Assembly (NCBI RefSeq): GCF_006345805.1
Contig: NW_021832732.1
Location: 1 to 31,857 of the forward strand
Origin: Octopus sinensis
Lineage: Eukaryota
Direction of reading: 5' to 3'
DNA: 31,857 bases
A program made the translations under genes and the position numbers. Positions 12,370-22,397 of the stretch are shown one piece after another. Numbering within the stretch: the stretch's first letter is position 1; every line of letters begins with the position of its first letter. A model generated the notes under the pieces. That model was not told where the DNA came from and did no database searches. It saw only the letters and a list, made by a program, of their open reading frames with translations.

Positions 12370-13080
12370 TTATTAGCAGGCATCTCAGGATCACAAGTGT
12401 TTCATCCATGTAAGCATTGCCTGAGTTGGGCAGTGAGGTCTGAATTAGCAGTGAGGTCTGAATTAGTAGATGAGTTCTATGTACAGTTTCTTGTGAACTA
12501 CAGCCATCTTGAGCTGGTTTCAGCTGCCATGCTAATCTCCTTAACCCTTTAGTGTTCAGATTACTCTGTTAAATGTAATATTTTTTTACTCAAATTGTTT
12601 TTAATTAATACTGCATTATCTTATCGTTTTTGAGGTTTCAATGATGAGATTGTTTGTTTTTAGAATGTCAATGTAGATTAGGTGTGAGAGGCCAGATATC
12701 GCCAGTTTGAATATAAAACATAGAATATTTGGGCTGGATATGGCCAGTTTAAACACTAAAGGGTTAATGGCTTTCTTTAGTTGTCTGGATTCGAGATCTG
12801 TCTTCTGCAAGAAGTGGCACATTGACCTAGTTAGAAAGCCAGGGTGGCTGACTTTGATAGGGAATGGGGTCGTGTACCATTCTTTAATAAGTGCATCTTT
12901 GACCAAGTCCTGATATTTGGTTTCCTTCCACTGGTGAGAAATGTTGAGCCTGCCCTCCTAGGGCTCTGCAAGTTCAACCACATCGATTATTTTTGCACTC
13001 TTCAGTAACAGGAACATGTCTGGTTGGAGCAGTGTTACTGCTGCCTCTTCTCTGAGTAAATTGAAGTTCCATCCATCCAT
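12370..13080 (-). mobile_element. HERO-like (R2-group) non-LTR 3' end: restriction-like endonuclease domain
   Basis: TLLQPDMFLL...VVELAEP*E...HQWKETKYQDL...W...PIKV..PGF. After removing the MITE, the frame continues as KKAIKEISMAAETSSRWL. Confidence 0.7.
12545..12763. mobile_element. piggyBac-type MITE
   Basis: TIRs CCCTTTAGTGTT / AACACTAAAGGG. TTAA TSD at 12541-12544 and 12764-12767. Confidence 0.9.
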
Positions 13081-13894
13081 TTTCTCTGTCCGCTGGGAGG
13101 GTTAGAAGTAGAGTCCTCATGTTCCATCTCCATTGGGCCCTACCAGAAGCTACTGTTAATGCACTTTCCAGCTGGATTTCTAAGTGCGGCCAACTGAGTC
13201 GGATATTATCCATCTTGTTATTAGTCTACTCCTAGGTTTTCTGTTGGTTGGCTTGGTTTGAAGAAACTGCCTTGTGGTTCTTTCCTGCCAACATTCTAAT
13301 CACGTGCCTTATAGTGCCAGAGTTGTGACCTCTCAATGCAGAAGCTTGATTTGGAGAGACACCTTGGCATCTGAGCTTTGTACCCTGTCAAATAATGTTA
13401 CACTAGAGATCCTTTGGCGGAATCCCATTTCAGCTGTTTGATTTCACTATTGTTCTCTTTCAGTCATTAGTCATAGTTGAGGAAAGGCGTGCAAACTGAA
13501 TTCAAGATAGCAAGTTTTTAAAACCAAATTGAAGATAGTAATTTAAATGCTTTAAAGCAAATTTGTCATTTACATATTTTGCCACAATAAAATACAACCC
13601 TTGTTCACTGTAAAGAGGTTAATGAAAGAGTGGTGACAACATTGAGTCAGGAGAACCCTTTAGTTTGTCTGAAGACATGACAGTCTTTCTACTGTTGGTG
13701 CCATGATAAAATGAACCCATTTCTATGAAGTATTTGGTGTTGGGAAGAGCATCTAATCATAAAAATCATACAAAAAAAATGCAAAGTTTAAACAAGTTGT
13801 GGTCACCTGACACATCAAAGGAGTAACTCTACATAATTACTTGCACTGTGACAACCCACCCAATCCATGCCAGCACGAAAGTCATCAACATTGT

Positions 13895-14125
13895 CATAAT
13901 TCTAATGTCCATTTTTTCCATCCTTGAATCGATTAGAAGGAATTTGTTGAGGTGGAATTTCCACAGCTGGCTGCCCTTTTTGTTCCCAACTTTCACTTGT
14001 TTACAAGTAAGGTAATATTTCCCCATGACCGGACATGTTTTTGAGGGAGATTAGAAATGAAGGACACTGCTTTATATGATGGTGATATTTACCTACAACT
14101 CACGCAGTGTCATGGCAAGGAGACA
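13895..14125 (-). mobile_element. Body and RTE-type tail of the old SINE subfamily (cf. 8980-9170)
   Basis: Homologous to 14150-14390 (ATTTCCCCATG.CC...ACATGTTTT). Confidence 0.6.
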
Positions 14126-14149
14126 GTAAAATGCATGTGTACACACACA

Positions 14150-14600
14150 TATCATCATCATCATCTAACGTCATCTACTTTTCCCTGTGTGCATGTGCCA
14201 GACGAAATCTTTTGATGCAGAGTTTTTACTGCCAAGTGCCCTGCTTGTCACCAACCTCACTCGTTTCCAAGGAAGGTTATATTTCCCCATGGCCACTTGT
14301 TTTTCATGGAAGACTGAAAATAAAGAACATTGCTTGTATGATGATGATGATGCTCATTTACAACTGTCACCTGACATCAAGACAAAAGTGTGTGTGTACA
14401 TACACACACACACACACATGTGCATGCATGCCCACATGCATATACAATGGGTTACTTTCGATTTCCATTTGCCAGAACCACTGACAAGGCTTTGGTTGGC
14501 TCAGGACTATAGAGAAAGCCACTTCCCCTAAGTGTCGTGTTGTAAGACTGAATGCAAGACTACGTTGATGGAAAGCAAGCATTTCAACTACATAGCCATG
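14150..14600 (-). mobile_element. SINE family-B head joined to RTE-type (GAT)n tail
   Basis: Head at 14440-14600, (CA)n spacer, then tail GGTTGGTGACAAGCAGGGCA...AAAACTCTGC...GATGATGATG. Confidence 0.65.
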
Positions 14601-14642
14601 CTTGATCCTGCAATAAACGTTCCAGAAAATTATATATAAAGT

Positions 14643-15022
14643 AGGCACAGATGTGGCTGTGTGGTAAGAAGCTTGCTTCCCAACCACATGGTTCTGGGTT
14701 CAGTCCCACTGTGTGGCACCTTGGTCAAGTGTCTTCTATAGCCTCGGGCTGATCAAAGTGGAATTGGTTGATGGAAACTGAAAGAAGCCCATTGTATGTA
14801 TGTGTATGTGCATCTTTGTGTTTGTATTTGTCCCCTACCACCACTTTTAACAACTGGTGTTGGTGTGTTTACATCCTTGTAACTTAGCAGTTTTGCAAAG
14901 GAAATCAATAGAATAGGTGTCAGGAGTAAAAAAAAAAGTTCATGGGTTGATTCATTCAACTGAAGCTTCTTCAAGCTGGTACCAATGCATGGCCACAGTC
15001 TAATGACTGAAGCAAGTACAAG
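14643..15022 (+). mobile_element. SINE family B, full length, CR1-type tail
   Basis: Colinear with 26931-27335. Confidence 0.88.
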
Positions 15023-15225
15023 GTGTGTGTGTGTGATGGGCTCTTACAGTTTCCTTCTACAAAATCCACTCACAAGGCTTGAATAATGATGATGCATAAT
15101 TCTGAGAATATGAGATTATTAATGATTTTGAAGTAACTCTAGTGATGTGTATAGAATTAGTTCAGTGCGAATGATTATCTACCGTAATATTTATAATGTC
15201 CTACCTTTTCTCTCTTCCCTGACAG

Positions 15226-15324
15226 GTGATCGAATACAGATGGTGTTTAAATCAATTAACCACCGCAAACCCAACAAACTGTACATTTTCTCTATAAAGA
15301 TTGATGAAAACAGCAAATACCTTG
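15226..15324 (+). CDS. SPC25: Spc25 homolog, penultimate coding exon (RWD domain)
   Basis: Acceptor CTCTCTTCCCTGACAG and donor GTAAGT. The exon is 99 nt, phase 1-1, in frame with the previous exon: SDRIQMVFKSINHRKPNKLYIFSIKIDENSKYL (cf. recalled human [33 protein letters not shown]). Confidence 0.88.
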
Positions 15325-15379
15325 GTAAGTACTAAACTGTAATGATGTGGTTTCATGATGTAAGGTGATAAGTATTGTG

Positions 15380-15660
15380 GTATTGATTGCGATGGTGGTG
15401 GTGTTGGGGGTAGTGGCTGTGTGTTGATAGCAGAAGTATAGGTGATAGTGTTGTACTTATTGTGTTAGTGACAGTGGTAATGTTGGATGTAGTGCTGTGG
15501 TACTGTGTGTGTTGCTTTATTGGTTTTAGTTGTAGTTTTGGGCCACTGACTATGTGAAGGTAGTGATATTGTTGGCTGTTGTATTGCAGTATCGATTGTG
15601 CTCATAGTGGTTTTGGTTCTGTTGTTATGTAGTGTGGCCGTTGTACTGTTGATGTAGTTT
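15380..15660. repeat. G/T-rich low-complexity tract (degenerate GTN repeats)
   Basis: Strongly GT-biased GTG/GTT/GTA triplets. Confidence 0.7.
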
Positions 15661-15678
15661 CAATATTGTGCATTATTG

Positions 15679-15812
15679 AAGGCAGCGAGCTGGCAGAATT
15701 GTTAGCATGCTAGGCAAAATACTTAGCGACATTTCATCCATATTTATATTAAGAGTTAAAATGTTGCTGAGGTCGACTTTACCTTTCATCCTTTTGGGGT
15801 TGATAAAATACA
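15679..15812 (+). mobile_element. SINE family A, 5' part, diverged
   Basis: AAGGCAGCGAGCTGGCAGAA...GAGGTCGACTTTACCTTTCATCC. Confidence 0.8.
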
Positions 15813-16519
15813 GTGAAAAAACATGTAATTTACGTACTTTTTTTGCAAAAATAAAAATAAACTTTAGTTGGTATGTAAATTACATGAGTAGATTATTTCC
15901 AGAATTTTTTCAGAAATTTTTTTTGTTGAAAAAAAAAGACATACAAAACGTAAACATTTGTACTGGAAGTTGACTCATTTAGTGTCAGAATAGCTTTTTA
16001 CAGAAAAAAATAATGGCTTAAATACAATGAAGTCGACTTTTATTTATGCTGGGTGGTTAACTAGTCTTTAAAGTCTGACGTTCATGCTGGTAAACACGAT
16101 CCAGGCCATATTTTACGTTGCTTGGAGTTTCTACCTATCACAATGGAGCACCATTGACATACATAGTGATATGAATATTCCTGACTGAAAAAAAATGTAA
16201 TGATATGGATAATCTTGATTGTATATTTTTATTTTTGTCTGTTTATTACTAGGCACAGTTTTAAGTTTGTCATACTGTTCGCGCCAATTTCAAACATTGG
16301 TTTCATTAACATTAAAATGCCTTCTGGCAACTCTATTGCCACATTTTATGTGCAATAAATTGCTTATATTTTCAAGATGTCCTGGAAACAATAAATTGTT
16401 TATATTTTCAAGATTACATGGAAGCATAACAGTACATGAAATAATTTAACAAACTTTTTAATGCATTTCCTAATAACTTTTAATTATAAAAATGTAATTG
16501 AATTTCTTTTTATACATCG

Positions 16520-16593
16520 ATTGCCTATGGGGGTCACGTAGAATAAAATAGGAATCAAAGGGGTCCTTGGATGAAAATGGTTGGGAACCTCTG
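16520..16593. mobile_element. hAT (Charlie-like) terminal fragment
   Basis: Ends in GGTTGGGAACCTCTG (reverse complement CAGAGGTTCCCAACC) with GGGGTC sub-terminal motifs. No partner end found. Confidence 0.45.
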
Positions 16594-16638
16594 GTGTAGC
16601 TGATCAATGGTACTCTAAACAGCTGTGATTTAGATACC

Positions 16639-16872
16639 TATTTCTTTACTACCCACAAGGGGCTAAACAAAGAGGGGACAAACAAGGACAGGCATAGGTA
16701 TCAAGTCGATTACATTGACTCCAGTGCGTAACTGGTACTTTATTTATCAACCCCGAAAGGATGAAAGGCAAAGTCGACCTCAGCGGAATTTGAACTCACA
16801 ACGTAACGGCAGACGAAATACCGCTAAGCATTTCGCCCGGCGTGCTGACGTTTCTGCCAGCTCGCCGCCTAA
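16639..16872 (-). mobile_element. SINE family A
   Basis: 11-bp TSD ATTTAGATACC at 16628-16638 and 16873-16883. Confidence 0.92.
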
Positions 16873-17256
16873 ATTTAGATACCACCTGACAGGAGGTGTA
16901 AAAGAGACAGATTGAAGATCACTTGGCAGTGGACATTTTCAAGATGTCCTGGAGACAGTCAACATTACATGGAAGAATAGCAGCTGATCAGACCTAGTGG
17001 GGAAACTTGTTGCACAACGCGTTTAGCAACACAGGAAGACATGATAATAAATATTGTCCTTGGAGTGTGGGTAGTGATGTAACATTGTTTTTGCATACTG
17101 TAGTGAGTATAAGGCTGCTTGTGTGTTGTGTTGGGTGGGAAGTTCTAGCTACAAAATTCATTGTACATGTAGTACTGAATGCAATACTACAGAGTTGGTG
17201 AAATTTTGCTTTTATATGATATATGATAATGATATTAATTATAATATATAATAGTT

Positions 17257-17458
17257 TCAAATTTTGGCACAAGGCCAGCAATTTTAAGTCGATTATATTG
17301 ACCCCAGTATTCAACTGGTACTTAATTCATCAACCCCCACAAAAATGTGAAAGGCAAAGTTGACCCTGGTGGCATTTGAACTCAGGACATAAAGACAGAT
17401 GAAATGCCACTAAGTATTTTGTCTAGCATGCTAATGATTCTGCCAGCTCACTGCCTTA
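17257..17458 (-). mobile_element. SINE family A, older subfamily with a different tail
   Basis: Same head and centre. Tail GGCCTTGTGCCAAAATTTGAAAC, similar to 22355-22380. Confidence 0.75.
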
Positions 17459-17503
17459 ATATGACACATTAGAACATACAGGTCTGTATTTAAGAGATGA
17501 GGA

Positions 17504-18280
17504 ATTATTTACAATTGATGCATATTTGTCCCCCTCTTGTTTGTTGTTAACATAATGTTTTGGCTGATATACACTCCAGCCTTCATCAGCTGTCTTGGGG
17601 AAATTTCAAACCTGGGTTCTCATTCCTAAGGTATTTTTCGATGTTGTTATTATTCAGGTCACCACCTGGAGTCGAACTCGGAATCTTGGGGTTAGTAGAC
17701 TGCGCTCTTAACTACTACGCCATATGCCCAGTGGAGGCGCAATGGCCCAGTGGTTAGGGCAGCGGACTCGCGGTCATAGGATTGCGGTTTCGATTCCCAG
17801 ACCGGGCGTTGTGAGTGTTTATTGAGCGAAAACACATAAAAGCTCCACGAGGCTCCGGCAGGGGATGGTGGTGATCCCTGCTGTACTCTTTCACCACAAC
17901 TTTCTCTCACTCTTACTTCCTGTTTCTGTTGTACCTGTATTTCAAAGGGCTGGCCTTGTCACTCTCTGTGTCACGCTGAATATCCCCGAGAACTACATTA
18001 AGGGTACACGTGTCTGTGGAGTGCTCAGCCACTTACACGTTAATTTCACGAGCAGGCTGTTCCGTTGATTCGGATCAACCGGGACCCATGTTGTCGTAAC
18101 CGACGGAGTGCTTCCATGCCCACGGGTATGAATGATAATGATAATAACATCGAAAAATACATTAGGAATGAGAACCCAGGTTTGAAATTTCCCCAAGACA
18201 GCTGATGAAGGCTGGAGGGTATATCAGCCGAAACGTTGTGTTAACAAGATGAGGACAAATATCTGTCAATTGTAAATAAT
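17504..18280. mobile_element. Head-to-head inverted element: tRNA-derived head + hammerhead ribozyme in each arm
   Basis: 17504-17655 is the reverse complement of 18139-18280. A and B boxes lie on the minus strand at 17657-17728. HHR core CTGATGA-A-GGCTG..CAGCC-GAAAC-GTT at 18202-18237. Confidence 0.75.
17731..18115 (+). mobile_element. SINE family C (tRNA-derived), full length
   Basis: A box TGGCCCAGTGG and B box GGTTTCGATTCC. TSD ATGCCCA at 17724-17730 and 18116-18122. Near-identical to 23717-24112 and 27574-27973. Confidence 0.92.
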
Positions 18281-18430
18281 GTACATAAGATCTAAGATCA
18301 TATGTAATATATAATGATATAATATGTAAATAATACTTTTTATATAATATTAACATTATAATGTACTCAAATACAAAAACGAAGCTTACATATATGACAT
18401 GTTAGTTTTTTTGTTTTCTTTTTCCTTTAG

Positions 18431-18552
18431 TTACTGAGTGCCACCCGTTGGTCCCAAACATAGAGGAACTTGTTCAAAAGTTGAATGCAACCAATAACTT
18501 GAGCAACTTCATTCTGTCAATGAGAAAAGCTTTCAAAAGCCTCTGCCACTGA
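18431..18552 (+). CDS. SPC25: Spc25 homolog, terminal coding exon with stop
   Basis: Long T-rich acceptor ...TTTCCTTTAG. Reads VTECHPLVPNIEELVQKLNATNNLSNFILSMRKAFKSLCH*, with TGA at 18550-18552, matching the Spc25 C-terminal TNNxSxF...RKAF motif. Confidence 0.88.
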
Positions 18553-19019
18553 AATGTAATATCTTTCCACAGCAGTTTATTCCTGATCTGGAGATGTGGT
18601 GTGTTTACGCTACCCTGCAGTTTACCTCAGACTAGAAGATGTGGTCTGTTTCTACAGCAATGACATCAGGGTGTGGCTACACTGTGTTTTTTGCTTTTTT
18701 TTAAAAAATATATATATATATGTATATATTTTATTTTGCTTGAATCTCTGTTACCGTATGGGAAGCTTTTGTAAACTCGGTGTACATGTGGTCATGATTA
18801 TGTTTTTTTTTATGTTGTGAGTGTTAGTCTTGGTGATCGTCTCTCTTACAAACACACACACACACACACACAGACATTGATCTGTAAATATGTATATTCA
18901 TGCACATACTTTCATTGGGTACACACATTCATTTCTCTTTGTCTCTTTCTGTATATGCTAGGGTCCTGTGATGAGCCTGCGAAACTAAGCTGCATGGGGG
19001 GCTGAATCAAACTGTTTTA

Positions 19020-19025
19020 AATAAA
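19020..19025 (+). promoter_or_regulatory. Candidate SPC25 polyadenylation signal
   Basis: First AATAAA I noticed after the stop (~470 nt downstream), followed by a U-rich stretch. Confidence 0.45.
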
Positions 19026-19070
19026 AGTATATGCAACTCCTTTTTCTTTCAAATGTCCACTCACTATATA

Positions 19071-19111
<41 letters not shown>

Positions 19112-19304
19112 GGTGAATGAATTATCCTATGTTTACCGTCAACATGGAAAATTCGATGAACTGATACCAGGGTAGCAAATTCACGTCAGAAACACGGTTG
19201 AAGCAACCTATCCAAAGGTAGAAACTCCGAGTTCATGTGCAGAAATTTGTGTGTTATATATGAATAAATAAATAAATGGAGTTGAACGAAGATGTTAATA
19301 AAAT

Positions 19305-19400
19305 TCCTTTACTTTCAACATATGTTTCGAAGACAACATGGTTTTATTCCAAAGGAATAAACAGTGTAAGATGCAATCTTCTCATCAGGAAAGAAAGGGA
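19305..19400 (-). ncRNA. Type I hammerhead ribozyme, structurally complete
   Basis: Stem I CUUUC/GAAAG with extension; CUGAUGA; stem II GAAGA/UCUUC with inner UUUAUUCC/GGAAUAAA; GAAA; stem III AC-AUAU-GU; GUU cleavage site (between 19317 and 19316). Lies in a ~335-bp segment bracketed by (TA)n at 19070-19106 and 19445-19487. Confidence 0.8.
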
Positions 19401-19442
19401 CCCTCTCTCAACAACAAGACAACATAATAATTACGATGACTG

Positions 19443-19507
<65 letters not shown>

Positions 19508-19686
19508 CACACACACACACACATACACATGCACATACACAATATAGCAAAATAAAAGCAGAATCTCACATCCCACCTCGTTTTATCAGTTGCATTTGAT
19601 TAGTCTACTTTTAATTCTGTTTCCTTTTTAAGTGTGAATTTGAAGAATAAAGGAAGAAAATAACCAAAACATTTAAACGTCTTTTT

Positions 19687-21480
19687 CTATTTTGTTTTAT
19701 CTTGGGAGGCTCATCTATGCCAATAGCAAACACTTGCACTGGTTCTACTTCACTTCTTTATTATTTATTTATCAATTGCTCAACTGTTTAAAATATAATA
19801 TATATATATATATATAAAAAAAAAAACTTAACTACTGGGGTCAATTCATTCAACTACAAATTCTTCAAGCTGGTGCCCCAGCATGACCACAGCCTAATGA
19901 CTGAAACAACTGAAAGATAAAAGATATTTAACCAAATAACTAAACAGTTGTTTGGTTACTTGTTTGGCTAATTACTCAGTCAATTTGGCTTGTCAACGCA
20001 CTGGTTCTACTACTCTTCTTAAATCTTTAAATCCTTAAAAATGTTTCAGCCCGAAAGCTGCGGCCATGCTGGGGCGCCACCGTTGAATGAGCTACACTAG
20101 TATGTGAAACCACCTCTGGTACGTGGCACTTGATCAACAAGGGAGTTCGATGCCGCTGCCTGCATCTGTGTTTCCTGCTGAGATGTAGGTTCATCTGGGA
20201 CCCCCGACAAGAAGAGATCTAGTTTAGTTTTAAAGAAACCCACATCCACACCATGCAGGTCTCTCAGGCATTTAGGTAGGATATTGAAGAGCTGTGGTCC
20301 TCTGAAACCCAAGCTGTTGCAGTATCTGGTCCTGTATTTTGATGGTGATGTTGGGATCTTTGGCACCATGCAGTGGCGCCCCGTTCTGCGGTTGGGGTAA
20401 CTTTGAATGCCAAAGTTTGGGACAGGACCCTTCAGGATTTTCCAGATGTATATCACTGCATATCTCTCCCACCTTTGCTCCAGGGAGAAGAGTTTTAATA
20501 CTTTCAGTCTTTCCCAGTAGCTGATATGTTGCATTGATACAATATTCTTAGCGTAGCTTCGTTGAATTGCTTCGAGTTCTGCTGTTAACTTTATATTGTG
20601 TGGTGACCATACTTGGGAGCAGTAGTCCAAGTGGCTGAGGATGAATGTCTTCCAAAGGACCATCAGTGTCTCCTTGTCTCTTGTTCTGAAAGTTCGGAGA
20701 ATCCATCCAGCTAGCCGTCTGCATTTTATTACCAAATTAGTAATATGCACTTGGAAAGATGCATCATTGCTCATGTCAATGCCCACGTCACACACTGATT
20801 TTGATTCAGAAATTACAATTCTTCTCGGGCCAGTGTATCCGGTCTGCATGTCGTTTACCTTTGTGTGCTGGTAGCGCAGGGCCTGGAACTTCCCTGCATT
20901 AAACTGCATGTTGTTGTCCTCAGCCCACCTGTATATTGTATCCAACTCCTGTTGCAGGTGTGCAATATTTCCAGAGTTTTGTATTGTGTGGGAGACTTTT
21001 GTATCATCTGCATAGCTAGCAAGGGTGGCCATCTTAGCAACTGAGGGCATGTCTGAAAGGGCCACTATGAACAGCAGTGGCCCCAAGACAGTGCCCTGTG
21101 GAACACCGCTTGTTATTTGTGTTTCCTTGGAGGTGGCTCCATTGGCCACAACTGCCTGCCTTCTATCTTTTAGGAAGTTGTGCAGCCACTCTCCAAGTTT
21201 TCCGCCTATGCCGAGACCACGCAGTTTGTGACAGATCATACCATGGTCGACTTTATCAAAGGCTTTTGCAAAGTCGAGATATATCACATCTACGTTTGAG
21301 CCATTTAGTAGCTGTTTTAACACCCAGTCGTAGTGTTGCAGGAGCTGTGTTAGGCAGCTTCTTATTTATTTTTTCATTGGTTATCTATTTAATCAATTGA
21401 CAAATAAATAATAAAGAAGTGAAATTGAACCAGTGTGTGTATTATTGGTATAACGACCCTCTCGAGATACAACAAAATAT
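19687..21480. repeat. Old ~90-bp inverted repeat arms (possible MITE) enclosing the CR1 insertion
   Basis: CACTGGTTCTACTTCACTTCTTTATTATTTATTTATCAATTG (~19737-19778) is the reverse complement of ~21394-21435, and similarity extends outward. Confidence 0.55.
20022..21357 (-). mobile_element. 5'-truncated CR1-group LINE with an open 408-aa RT reading frame (20097-21323)
   Basis: SCLTQLL, YLDFAKAFDKVDH, SGVPQGTVLGPLLF and YADD motifs. Short 3' UTR with an AAGGATTT-like tail. TSD CTTCTTA at 20015-20021 and 21358-21364. Confidence 0.93.
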
Positions 21481-21829
21481 ATTTTCACTACATGAATTCA
21501 CATCAAGAACTTTAAAAAAATGAAATACAAAAACTAAATGTCTCAGTCTTTATTTATTTCTTTTGTTGGCCTGCTTTTGGAAAAGATATGCATGTCATAA
21601 TCTCTCACCAATATTATAGTAGCTGTGCATAGAAATTATTATTGCAATAAAATATTCTCTTCTGTTGATTTTTTTGTTTTGTTATATGTTTACTTGTTGA
21701 AGGGCAATGCAATGTTAGAATCAACTGAGCGATGGATAAAATGACTTACAGTAGTTCCTGGTTCGTTCCCATTGAAGTCGGTTTTATGACATCCTTCAAG
21801 AGTCTGCAGTATAACGACCCTTCTCGGGT

Positions 21830-21960
21830 CATATAGACCCATAGAGTCAATTTCCTGGTTTCTGTGGCGTATTCCCCACCTTTATAGGACGCCGTTCTGT
21901 TGCAGAATTTCTCATTTTTGCCAGCTGACTGCACTGGGGCTCCATGAAATGAAGTGTTCA
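21830..21960 (-). mobile_element. Degenerate SINE family D (V-domain-like centre)
   Basis: Minus strand CAGTCAGCTGGCAAAAATGAG...GGCGTCCTATAAAGGTGGGGAATACGCCACAGAAACCAGG. Confidence 0.5.
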
Positions 21961-22016
21961 TCATCATCATCAGTCATTGATATCAATGATTCTGTCATCG
22001 TCAAGAGTTATAATTA

Positions 22017-22380
22017 AGGCAGCGAGCTGAAGCATCAGATGAACTGTATTTTCAGTACTTGTTCTGCCTCTTGACGTTTTGGGTTCAATTCCTGTTGAGA
22101 TCACCATTACCATTTATCCTCTATGGCAACATTAAATAAAGTACCAGTCAAGAAATGAGGTCGATGGTATGAACTAGCTCCCTTCTGTCACAATCACTGG
22201 CCTTGTGCGAAAACCAGACAATAATACTGCTATTATTATTATTATCATCATCATTATTATTCCACCGAGGTCAACTTTCCTTTTCCGGGTCAATAAATTA
22301 GGTACCAGTTGAACACTGGGATCGATGAAATCGACTATCCCCTCTCCCAAAATTGCCACCGTTGTGGCAAAATTTGAAAT
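22017..22380 (+). mobile_element. Two diverged family-A SINE copies
   Basis: AAGGCAGCGAGCTG head; AAATAAAGTACCAG and GAGGTCAACTTT...TACCAGTTG centres. Confidence 0.65.
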
Positions 22381-22397
22381 TATTATTTTTATTATTG

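Noticed and set aside
17657-17810. Genuine tRNA genes
   Set aside because: A and B boxes are present but the acceptor stems do not pair, and each continues into a repeat body. They are SINE heads.
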